DNA of 64,000 bases from the NCBI RefSeq assembly GCF_964355755.1, contig NC_092677.1, forward strand, positions 8,330,101 through 8,394,100, written 5' to 3'. The stretch's first letter is position 1. Every line of letters begins with the position of its first letter. A program made the translations under genes and the position numbers. This DNA comes from Antedon mediterranea (Eukaryota > Animalia > Echinodermata). Below the pieces are notes generated by a model, which did not search any database, was not told the origin of the DNA, and saw nothing but the letters and a program-made list of their open reading frames with translations. Below are positions 27,201-38,620 of this stretch, one piece after another.

Positions 27201-30200
27201 AGTCGTACAAACATTGGTAAATAGCAATACATAATTTTGGTACGTAAAGATTCTTAAGCTTGGATTAGAATCTGTATCTATCCTGAGAGGAAACCGCCCG
27301 TCCGCTCCGTGTAAATGGTAATCAAGAATATCATAAATGCTAATGTTTATTGCGGTTTACCGTTCGCCTGTGTAAATTGGCCTTAAAACTTATGCTTAAC
27401 ATTTTAAGGTACTGTACATGCTAAAAATAGTACGATTAAATCTATTTATTATGCTATTTTTCCCACAGAAATTCGTATATTAAATAACCCATGCGCTACA
27501 AACAATGGCGGTTGTGATCAGGTTTGTAGAGTTTCAGGTTTTTCGAATCGTATAGTGTGTTCTTGCTGGCCTGGTTATAAGCCTGATGAACGCTACACTT
27601 ATTATATTGTGTGTGGTAAGTGCCAATAGTTATTATAATCATTATTTTATATTATAAAAAATTATTATGAAAATAATGAAATCCAATCTACCATAGAAAA
27701 GGCTTACTTAATCGAATAATTAAAACGTTTAAAGATAACTGGTACACTGCATATTATGTGTCCTAAATATGTTACGTAATATTTGCATTAATATATTATT
27801 CAGTAAAAAAAGCAGCATGTGCTAATGTTGAATGCGAGCATGTGTGTACAGATATAGGACCAAGTGAACACGAATGTAGCTGTTATGCAAGTTACATTTT
27901 GTTTTATGATCAACACAGTTGTGTACTCGACGGTAAGTAGAACTATACGTGCATTTGTATAGCAAGTAAATATATGTTGATAAAGTTTGCGGTACACCAC
28001 GTGTATTAGTTCTGAAAGGACTGTTAAATTTCTCGACGTTTCGATCAATATGCTTTGATCGTCCTCAGGAGTGAGAAAGTAAATATATGTTTTTTGTAAT
28101 GAACACTAATGCCATTTTCTTCTCGTCTGGAAGTAGTGAACTACATACAAAATACCACAACACACAACGTAATGCTACACTCCCGTGTATGCACTTTGAT
28201 ACTCAATAAGGCAACATTTAGGGGGTTGGGTTCAGTTATATTTTGAAGTAAGGTTGATTATTTAGCGTGTGAGAGCATACATTACGTTCGGCGTGCGCCT
28301 GTGGTATTATGTATAGTACTGTGTGGCGTGTATTCCGTAATGCAAATCTATTCATACGAATCGAACGTTCACTGAGCTCTGAGTAATTTTCCGAATCTTT
28401 CATAAAAATACCTATAGTGATCCGAGTAGCCCTATAGTACTATGCACTAATTCAATCAAGAAATCATGACTTTTCCTATATGTTATATTGTACGTATTCT
28501 TATTTACAACATAAATTTTACAACACACAATGATCTTGTTTTCATTTATAAAATTGTTTTGTTTTAAGTTTGTTCGTTTGGAACATATTGTAGTATGAAC
28601 GGCCTTCTGGACGAAGATAAATGCACCTGTCATTGTTTCTCTGGCTACACAGGAGAACTTTGCAATAGTATGTATTAATCTTTAATTACGTAATTTATGT
28701 CTGAAACCCGAAACTGCAAAGTAAGCGAGTAATATGTTTAGTGACACACAGGATAAATATATGTGGTTCTTGCATTTCACTTTCGACCAATCAACTTGCA
28801 CATTCGAGATAAACATTCAACGAATGCATTCATGGCGGACGCTCTATGCACCCTGAAGACGAAAAGTCATCTATTTGCTTCTGGTTTAGGTAGATGTATA
28901 GGCCTATGATAATTTAATTGAATTCAAAGTGTAAGGAATATTAGGTATTTTTGGATGGCGAGAGGGATAAATTGCAAAATAAAGTGTGCCTTATTATGTA
29001 TTTAAGTCTTGGTATAAATATCCTATCGGTCTACTGGTTTTAATGGCTTTAACTGACTTTACACTGTATTTAGTTATGTGTGATGTTGACGACACAGAAT
29101 GCTGGAAGGATTATGAACCCAGTCCTGTCATTTACTATGATAAAAACGTTTGCCCTGTATTCCGTGTTTCGATAGGTAAGAAATAAATTTAAATAAATAT
29201 ATACTTTTTCTATCTATAATCATTCGCTGGTTTGGTACACAATGCAAATGTTCATTCGCTGGTTTGGTACACAATGCAAATGTTCAGTCAATGACGGCCT
29301 GGTGTTTTCAATGAGAACGGCAAGTATCTAAGTAAGCTCTTTTGAAATATTGATTTAAGGTTGTGATCAAGAATTTAATTGTGAAAATGGTGGTTATCTT
29401 GAGAAGGAAAGTGGGTTTGAAGAGGTGTCTGGTATGTGCCGTTGTTATTGTCCATTCCCATGGAGCGGTTCGTCTTGTGAAGGTATGACTTTAAGTTGCG
29501 TTCCAATTCGGTGTCCAATTTGACCAACCACAACTGTCGTACATTCAGCGTAACTTTAGTTCTCATATCCTCAAGCGAATTCCCTCTTCTCTATCTAGAT
29601 GAAGTGCCTCGCATGTAATTAATTGATCATACCAGCAATGTCATATGCGACACTATTAAAATGTTAAACGCAGATATACCAAAAACTTGCGCATTTGATC
29701 ACGTGAATCTTTTAATGTTTTACCTATACCATTTTCTCTTATTGCAGACTGCAATCTAACGTGTGACCATGGTACTATGGATTTTGAAAACTGTACTTGC
29801 TCATGTAATGATGGTTATAATGGACCTGAATGCTCCAGTAAGTAAACCAACAAACAGCCATACAAGATACTCGCATAACTGCCAATCGAACGCCTCCAAT
29901 ATTAAAGAAAACGTTTGCTAGGATTTCAATGCATATTTACCATCATTATTAGGCTAATCTGTTTATTGTTACAGTGATACGGTAGTTATAGTTTTGCAGT
30001 GTTTTTAAACCTTCTAGTTCGTACACAGTTGGTTGTTGAGAATTTACTGATAACATATTGCATCCTCATCCATCTTTAATGAATTTTAATGGGATTGAAA
30101 TATCTCGGGTGTTGCACTAAAGCATTGCATGTATTGTTACTATTTTTATTTCAGCACGTTGTAGACAGACATCTCTATTGTGTACACGACACACACACAG

Positions 30201-30558
30201 AAAATGCAGTAATGACTTAATCCGTAGACTCTGTCCTGTCATGTGCGGTGACTGTGGTATGCTGTTAAATTGTGTTTATTCAACTTCAAAAGTCTGTAGG
30301 GTAGTAAAAAAATGACTGACGCGGGGGGGGGGGGGGGTATGTTTCGTACACCTTGATTGTGGAAATCTATAGTGACACGAAGTGGAATTATAATTTGTCT
30401 AAAATGATGGCTCAAAGAAATTAGTTTCATATCAAATAGAACCTTCGAGACATCCAAACAAAGTAATACGCCAATAGGGGTGTCCCATGAATAGTTGTTC
30501 TATTTTAATAATATTATTATTAAAATATTTATATTTATTTTTAGTTCTTGTACCGTAA
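24261..30558 (+). CDS. Paralog A: secreted CAP/SCP - multi-EGF - ShKT protein (~581 aa)
   Basis: 14 exons: 24261-24494, 25447-25692, 25795-25916, 26056-26150, 26488-26628, 27115-27216, 27469-27615, 27804-27932, 28569-28667, 29074-29175, 29360-29482, 29748-29837, 30155-30256, 30545-30558 (1746 nt, in frame). Signal peptide MYLNVLLLLSSCIFTLA; CAP motifs SNMNLVMWDDEL, WAEMTKIGCA, FKCNY; hinge YLAGAPCTAC..C..GLC; six EGF-like units; ShKT CRQTSLLC...C...LCPVMCGDC. Confidence 0.88.
27979..28076 (-). mobile_element. 98-bp hammerhead-containing insertion with 15-bp flanking direct repeat
   Basis: AAGTAAATATATGTT at 27964-27978 and 28077-28091; decayed copy at ~58180-58250. Confidence 0.8.
28032..28071 (-). 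ncRNA. Type I minimal hammerhead ribozyme
   Basis: Minus strand CTC-CTGAGGA-C-GATCAA agcata TTGATC-GAAA-CG-TC-GAG: core intact, 6-bp stem II, palindromic ACGT stem III, GUC cleavage triplet. Confidence 0.9.
29221..29285. repeat. Tandem duplication of a 32-bp unit (intronic)
   Basis: CATTCGCTGGTTTGGTACACAATGCAAATGTT x2. Confidence 0.9.
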
Positions 30559-30830
30559 ATCACTACATCAGAATCTAAACTGACAACAGCACCTGAAATT
30601 ACAATTACAGATGGTTCCGGTTTAATGGACATCTAAAAACTTATCTAAAATAAGGGTGGAATACAGAAACCGAGCCCGACCGTAATACAAATGAAGTAGG
30701 CCTATATGATTGTTCTAAGCTAAGCAATTACACAGTCAACCAAGTGAAGACAGAAGAATGAGAGCTTCAACTATTGCAACGTTTTCAAATAACCACCTGA
30801 TGCAATGTCAACTACTAGGCAAGATGGAGT

Positions 30831-30901
30831 ATACCTTATGAGAGAAGCATACCTTATGAGAGAAGCATACCTTATGAGAGAAGCATACCTTATGAGAGAA
30901 G
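30831..30901. repeat. 18-bp minisatellite x4 downstream of the paralog A stop
   Basis: ATACCTTATGAGAGAAGC repeated four times. Confidence 0.95.
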
Positions 30902-33900
30902 AATAAACAATGTTGACATAATATAAATATATATTAAACGTACGTGTATAGGCCTACAATAGTATATATTTAAAATATTTTTATAAAAAAGTGTTTATTT
31001 ATACTTTAAATTGTTATTCCGCAAACATTGTTATATTTTGTAAAAATAAGAAAAACAAAAAATGGAGAAAAAAAGTTGTAAAGAAGAACGGTATTAGGAG
31101 TATTTACTAGACTGAGATTATAAGCAATAATATAAAATGCCACATGTTGTACAATGCCTTAAAGTAAAGTATGTTAAATGCAAGACTTACCGACTATTTT
31201 GTTCTGTAGTGTGTTGATTTGTGAGTATCATTTGAAGCTGGACTGTAGTCCGTTTTCAAACATAGAAAACAAATCTTTTTGAGAGGTTGCTTCATTTCCC
31301 AACAATATCTTGCCCATTACCAGTATTTATGCCTACAGTATCTCCAATTTTGTTTGCTAGTCTCATCTTCATAGTTGCCGCATACTCAGTGGCATAACGG
31401 CTTTGTAGAGCGCTCACTGGCTAAACCCAGGGGCCCAGGAGCTTATGGGGCCTCGAGCAATGCCCGGGCATTGAATTATGTCGAAAAGGCATCGGAGGAC
31501 CACTTAGGGTTCCTAAGCCAGTGGCCTCTATATTACGTTGTGTGTGTACGCGCTTCTTGCCTAGGGAATTTTGTCTTTGCTGTCAATATGCGTGAAAAAC
31601 ATGCATAACAGACAAACAAATCAAGGACGTTGTAGTGGAGCTGTAGCTTGGTGGTTAACGTGCTCCCCCTACTTATCTCTCCAGGGTTATAACACACAAC
31701 CCTTTCAACTCCACTCCCTAAGCCTCAAATGAGACTCAAACACGATAAATTATAAAATATTATATATTACCCAGATCCTTACTTGGATACAAGGGGCGGT
31801 TTATAACCACCGTTTATTAATACAAATATCTCATTTTACCATAATGATTTGTAATCTTATTCGAAATATAATAAATATTTTCTGTCGCGAACAATATTTA
31901 AAACATATACATTTCACTTTTAATTCTTATTCACCCACCGTCTGGGGTGTTCATGAAATTTATATTTATGAAAACTAAAGTTATATTTTATTTAAGACAA
32001 TTATTGTACAGTAGGCCTATGTATTGCATTTTTGGTGTGTGTGTGTTCTTTTATTCACATCGGTCGTCATAATTAAAATAAAAACTAATTATAAAACATA
32101 ATGTATAATTTTGTCTCAATGTCCAAATTGACATCTGCTTTACTAAGTTAGCTATTTCATAGTAAAACTGATCGGTGTGTAAATAATGCGTCGATATCGA
32201 TGACAAAAACACTTTTAGGTGAAGTTTACGGTAATAACTCCGGATGTGTTGTGTACGTCACGGGTACTGTAAGAAATAAAAACATGCGGATTAGAAAATA
32301 AACATGATGTGCCCAAATATGGTAGTGATATGATAGTGTAGACCATATGTAGACAGAGCTTTAGGGGAGAATTTTGACTGACTAGCATTATGGTAGGAAG
32401 TAGTACGGTCTAGTGAATATCATTTACCAATCCATTCAGTCAAAATGACTGGAAAATACATTGGAGCGTCACCGCAAAGACAGAAAAGATGATTTGAATA
32501 AATTGTACTCACTACAAATGCCACACATGATTGGGCAATGCCTTCTAATAACTTTATGATGACATCTTTTTTCGGTGTGGCGTGTGCAAAATAACGAGGT
32601 TTGTTTGCACGGCGCTAAAAGAAAGTATAACAATCGCCTTTCATTAAACTGATGTAGGCCTACATCATAACGGGATGATAACAAATAATAGCGTTGAACA
32701 GTATAATATTATGTTAATTTTTGGAAGTTGTGTTGTTTTAAATCGGTATTATTCATTTTCATTACAATTTTGTAATTTTTGAAATGCGTAATATTATACT
32801 TTTATAAAAAAATACATAGCCCAATATTTTACCAACCAATAGACCGACGCGTGCAAACAATGATATATAATATAGTATGTATATATCAACGAAGTCCTCA
32901 TACCTAGTCCATACTTACTCGAACAGTCGGGTCCATAATAACCGTTGTCGCAAGAACATGAACAGTTCCCAATGTTCAGAGTGCCATTGACGCAATCCAG
33001 ATTACATTCTTTGAATTAAATTTGTATATGGATTAATGCCAAAAAAGATAAAACTTTCTCAGAAATAACATTCACTGTTTTTAAGTATAGAGATAATGGC
33101 TATTCCATTTTACATAATTATTTTTGTTTTAATCACAACTAAGATGTAAGCTAAAATCAGCTTCATCGATAGTTTTGGTAGAAAATTCACAAATAAGCCT
33201 ACCTTGACACGTATTTCCACTCCACGGGAACGGACAGTAACATCTGCACATATTTGATACAGATTCAAAGCCGCTTTGTTTCTCAAGGTAACCATCATTT
33301 TCACAAACAATTCTATCATTGCATTCTAATTTTTAAAAGAAGACATTGTTTAGAATATTTCTTGGTCATGCCAGCTCTATTAAATCCTACATTTTAAATC
33401 AAAATACATGCATCATATTAAAGAGTTTTTGATTTACGACGACATATCACCATCGCTTATTGTCTTGTTGGTCTGCGCATGTTATGCAGAGAATACATTT
33501 ATGTCCACACATGGGCACAATTATGAAATATGTATATTTACTGATAAACAGGGCAAACTTACCAACAGGCGGCTCATATTTCGGACATATATCCCAATCG
33601 TACTTTATTCCGGGACGTACATACTGTGTCCAGCAATTCGGTTCGTCTACATTACAAGTTGCTGAAATAGTATTAAGAGAGACAAATACAGTTTAAAATT
33701 TAATTTAACAAACTATGAAACTCTATCAGCATTGATTATGAACAAATAGTTAGGTCTCTAGTCTCAGGCCCTGGGTCTAAATGAATTAGAATACCAACAT
33801 TATAAATAAAACAGAAGACAAGACATTTAGTAAATCCAGATCAATTTCGTAAGAACGTACCATTACAAAACTCTCCCTTGTAGCCTGAAAAACAGTAGCA

Positions 33901-34269
33901 AGTACATGATGTTTCTACAACCAAACCGTTACAGGAATCACCAACTAAAAAGAATAGAACAAGAAGTGTTTTAGTTAAATGTTCTGAGCGCAAGTATCCA
34001 TGCAAAATGGTCTTAAACCCCAACAACACGAAAAAATTGGTCTGTTAAAATTTGTCTTCGTGTATTTCATTCCAATTATCTATGATAAGCTATAGTTCAG
34101 AAATAATAGTGACAACAATTTTAAACATATAATGTATTGTAATAAAAGGCTACCTATATTGTCATCTGCAGGGATCATCATCTTTGCTAATACTAATGCG
34201 TCTGACTGTTGTGTAATCGGTAGTGCATGTTGTCACCAATGTTGCTTCGTCAAGTAAAGTTTTGGTCAT

Positions 34270-35470
34270 TGTTGTTGTCGACTCATCTGTGGTAGACTGT
34301 GTTGTCAATATTGTTGATTCGTCTGTTGTAGACTCTGTTGTCAGTATTGTCGACTCATCTGTTGTAGACTGTGTTGTCAATATTGTCGACCCATCCGTTG
34401 TTCGCTGTGTTGTCAATATTGTTGATCCGTCTGTTGTAGACTATGTTGTCAATATTGTCGACTCATCCGTTGTAGACTATGTTGTCAATATTGTCGACTC
34501 ATCCGTTGTAGACTCTGTTGTTAATATTGTTGATTCCTCTGTTGTATACTTTGTTGTCAATATTGTTGATTCATCTGTTGTTGGCTGTGTTGTTAATATT
34601 GTTGACTCATCTTTTGTAGAATGTGTTGTCAGTATTGTTGATCCGTCTGTTGTAGACTGTGTTGTCAATATTGTCCATTCCTGTGTTGTTGGCTGTGTTG
34701 TCCATATTGTCGACTCGTCTGTTGTAGACTGTGTTGTCAATATTGTCGACTCATCTGTTGTTCGCTGTGTTGTCAATATTGTTGATCCGTCTGTTGTAGA
34801 CTGTGTTGGCAATATTGTCGACTCATCCGTTGTAGACTCTGTTGTTAATATTGTTGATTCGTCTGTTGTATACTGTGTTGTCAATATTGTTGATTCGTCT
34901 GTTGTAGGCCGTGTTGGCAATATTGTCGACTCATCCGTTGTAGACTCTGTTGTTAATATTGTTGATTCGTCTGTTGTATACTGTGTTGTCAATATTGTTG
35001 ATCCGTCCGTTGTAGACTGTGTTGGCAATATTGTCGACTCATCCGTTGTAGACTCTGTTGTTAATATTGTTGGTTCGTCTGTTGTATACTGTGTTGTCAA
35101 TATTGTTGATTCGTCTGTTGTAGGCCGTGTTGTCAATATCGTTGGTTCGTCTGTTGTAGACTGTGTTGCCCATATTGTCGACTCGTCTGTTGTAGACAGT
35201 GGTTTCAATATTGTCGACTCACCTGTTGTTCGCTGTGTTGTCAATATTGTTGATCCGTCTGTTGTAGACTGTGTTGTCAATATTGTCGACTCATCCGTTG
35301 TAGACTCTGTTGTTAATATTGTTGATTCATCTGTGGTTGACTGTGTTGTCAATATTGATGATTTTGCTGTTGTTGACTGTGTTGTCAATATTGTCGACTC
35401 ACCTGTTTTAGACGGTGTTGTCCATATTGTTGACTCGTCTGTGGTAGACTGTGTTGTTAATGCTGTGTTT
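34270..35470 (-). repeat. 36-bp coding tandem repeat (TTQSTTDESTIL), ~33 units
   Basis: Seen directly in the minus-strand ORFs 34477-35646 and 34162-34416. Confidence 0.97.
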
Positions 35471-37129
35471 TGGACTGTTACAGCATCTGTTGTCATTTGT
35501 GTCTCACAGTTGTCGTCACTCCAACTAGTGTTGCATACACATCGACAACTCTCCTGATCAAGAATACCATGTGAGTTGCAATTCGGGTCCCATTCACATG
35601 TGCAACTGCTATTTGAGCTTGTACACGAGGTATCTATAATATACATGTTTGAGTGGTTAAATTATATACATCAAGATATTTAGGCTTAATAAGGTCAGTT
35701 CTTTATAATACATCGCAAAATGGTGGTTTGATAAACATACTTAAAGAAATGAAATTGTCAAAAAATCAGATGCTTAGCATAAATATGTACAATCAATTAA
35801 AAATAAACATGTACACAAAGTGCATACTATGCATGTTATATCATATTATTAACTCACCACATAACCCATTTCTACACCATCCCGAACCGGACGAACAACC
35901 TGTACACTGTGCACCAGTTTGGTAAGGATCTATCCCGGTTTGGTACATTCCTCTAACGCAAAACAAACAGTTTATCTGTCATAGTCTCTAAGATGTATAA
36001 GTGTTATACACAATATATGCATATGCCTGCATATACTATAATATTACTCAAGGTGGATAATTCCTCATCTTTCCCACGTTTAAATTTAAAAATCCTGGAT
36101 CCATCTTGGCAGCGCTAATCTCAGTAGGAATAGGAAGGACTTCAAAGATCGATATTGTTTACATTTTAATGTGAATCGTAAGAAAACGGAAAATTAAGGT
36201 ATTATTATTCTTATTTAGTGATTAACTAGCCTGTCGTTTACAGACTGTACTTACGTCATTGTTGTAAAATTAAATAATAAATAAACTGCATACACAGTAC
36301 TGTATGTGTACAGTTTATGTTGCAATAGAAACGATAATAAGAAGAGACAATGATTCTGGTACGTACGATACATTACACCGTATACACAATCTTCCATAAA
36401 ATTAATTCAAGAATTAGTTCTAACTCTTCAAAATATCATAAGACACGTTCTTCCTCACTAAATAGATTAAATTTGCTCATATCAGCCTGGAGGGGTTGCG
36501 TAACTGGTGATTTAAAGGGTAATTATTATTTTCTCTATTATTTTTATATCGACTTACACTTCTGCGAAGTTGCATTTGAAATACCATATGTTAGTTCTGT
36601 TGATGTTAGCTTTATCATCGACCAGTTGTGAGCAGTATGTTTGGCCACATCCCATTCTTGTCATCTCGGCCCATACAAGCTAAGAATATAAATACTAACA
36701 ATACTGAAAATAACAATAATTCATTGTATTATTTACTATCTGCAGTGACTGACTCATAATGTATACATTGAGGCAAACGTTTAAATGTACTGCAGTTAAA
36801 ATTTATTACTGCAGCAACTCCAGTATGATAATTTTGGCATGATTCCCTAACCTAAACCTACCAACTTGTATGCGTAGCAGTAGTCTTGTGGATATACACA
36901 GTCTCGTGTATAGTAGTCGTACAATTTACCCAAAGCAAACCAGCTGCTAACAGAATAGTGTATCCTGAATGACGTCATGTGTGTGATGCCTTCAAAGTGG
37001 TTATACTTTGATGGGCTGGGGTATTTGCATGTTTCTGTCGAATTTGTTGCTGAATTTTCTAGTTCGTCATCCCATTGCTAATTTAAGAACAAGAAAAGCA
37101 TGAAAGCAACTGGTTATTGTTGTAGGGTG

Positions 37130-37260
37130 TATGACATAGGTGGGTGTATGACGTGGGTAGGTGTATGACGTGGGTGGTTGTATGACGGGTGGGTGTACGA
37201 TGGTTGTCTGTATGACGTGTTGGTATATGTTGGGTGTGTATATGATGTGGGTGTGTGTCA
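37130..37260. repeat. Degenerate GGGTGTATGACGT-type minisatellite in paralog B intron 1
   Basis: Repeated GGTGTATGAC(G/A)TGG units. Confidence 0.7.
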
Positions 37261-37838
37261 GTGTATGTTTAGTGGATTTATGTTGGACTTGAGTACAATA
37301 GGGGTGTGTAACCAATAACTTAGCTAGACTGATAATAATTTGGGCCCACAAAAGAAACTAATGGCCGCCTTTACTTACATGGAATCATGGTTTACCCTTA
37401 TACTATGGAAAATATGTACTGTACCTAATTCAAATTAATATAAACGCCGCACAACTGTTTACGTACAATACAAAAAGTAAATTCTCTGTTAGTTTTTAAA
37501 GTAGTTAAATGTATTCAATCTAGGACTCAATATATGTTACGTCTACATACCACAATATTCATATTTATTGCCTCGGGAGTAACAAGACTTCTACCTTCAT
37601 TGTGTTCATCCACAATTAACACTCTCTCTGATTCAGATACGGAATCAAGATTTGTATACGTTGTTGGCTCGAACGTTAATGGTTTTACAGTGGTGGTGGT
37701 ACTAGGTAGGCCTACCGGGTTCGAGTCGTATTCCTCCAACAAACCAAGTTCAAAATCTTCAAAAAGTATTGAAAATTCACATTGATGAGTATACAAAGTA
37801 AATAAAATCAGAAAATATAATATATCATAGGAATTCAT

Positions 37839-38620
37839 GTTTAAACGTAATTTCCGATCGGTAGAATGAAATACAGTGAATTTGGTTAACGTAATTTCGC
37901 AGCAACAACATAACCTCTTCAGTACATAGTATTCTGCCTAACCCTTATGTCACAGCGCCATCTATATGTTATTCTGGGTGAGGAAACTACTGTTAGTATA
38001 AGGATAAAGTTCGTAAGTAAATAAATGAAGAGAATTAATATTGTTTACATTTATGTTTCAGCTGTTTAAAAATGGTTACAGATACGGTAGATATACCATA
38101 GATATCGTTTTTTAATGTTGTAATTTATATCAGTTTTAGACCTTCTGTATTTAATGTGGGTTCACTAAAATCTGTTACCCAATTGGGGTTTTTTTAAACT
38201 ATAGGCCCATTTGATTTTGTAATTTTATATTCTGCATATTGCAGTGAAAATTGTGCATAAAATAGTGGAAAGCGTCATGTCACAGGAAAAATAAAATAGC
38301 ACTGTTGACCAATCAAATGTTCTAAACATTACATAAATTAAAACATTATTGAAAATATTCCAGATTGTAAGTTTTAAGAAAACACATACACCTGAGGTAA
38401 AAGTAACTGAGAAGCTAAAAAACTTATTAAGTAAAAATAGTCAGACTGAATATTTGAAAATAACTTACAGAGCTCTTAATGAATATATTATGCAAATTAT
38501 TGTTCAGGTGTGGTGACGGCAAGGAGTTTTTTTTAGTTGTGGCTTCTTCATTCATTACAAATTTAGAAATTTAGGCAAAACAAAGCGCAGTGTTTGATTG
38601 AAGGGAATGACATTAAAGTA
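37839..38620. promoter_or_regulatory. Short divergent intergenic region (candidate bidirectional promoter) between paralogs B and C
   Basis: Start codons are head-to-head, 782 bp apart. Contains CCAAT (GACCAATCA ~38308) and a CTCF-like CAGCGCCATCTA (~37953). Transcription starts are not determined. Confidence 0.45.

Larger units (their letters stand above)
32226..37838 (-). pseudogene. Paralog B: CAP/SCP - EGF - mucin - EGFs - ShKT gene with nonsense and frameshift lesions in the mucin exon (truncated ~625-aa product or young pseudogene)
   Basis: Exons (minus): 37838-37551, 37077-36862, 36679-36558, 35952-35858, 35633-34154, 33944-33861, 33661-33563, 33325-33203, 33008-32919, 32614-32513, 32266-32226. 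In-frame TAG at 34479-34477 and 34443-34441; the frame must shift near 34225 to reach the phase-1 donor. All other exons are open with canonical splice sites. Confidence 0.75.

Noticed and set aside
31635-31670. tRNA A-box-like TAGCTTGGTGGTTAA
   Set aside because: No B box or cloverleaf follows; at most a truncated SINE head.
34441-34479. Programmed readthrough or recoding of the two TAG codons in paralog B
   Set aside because: A downstream frameshift would still stop translation at TGA 34164-34162, and no recoding signal is visible; mutation spread by repeat duplication is simpler.
34223-35557. 444-aa Val-rich ORF on the + strand
   Set aside because: It is the antisense shadow of the Thr-rich 36-bp repeat of paralog B (ACA codons read TGT/GTT in reverse) and has no independent gene features.
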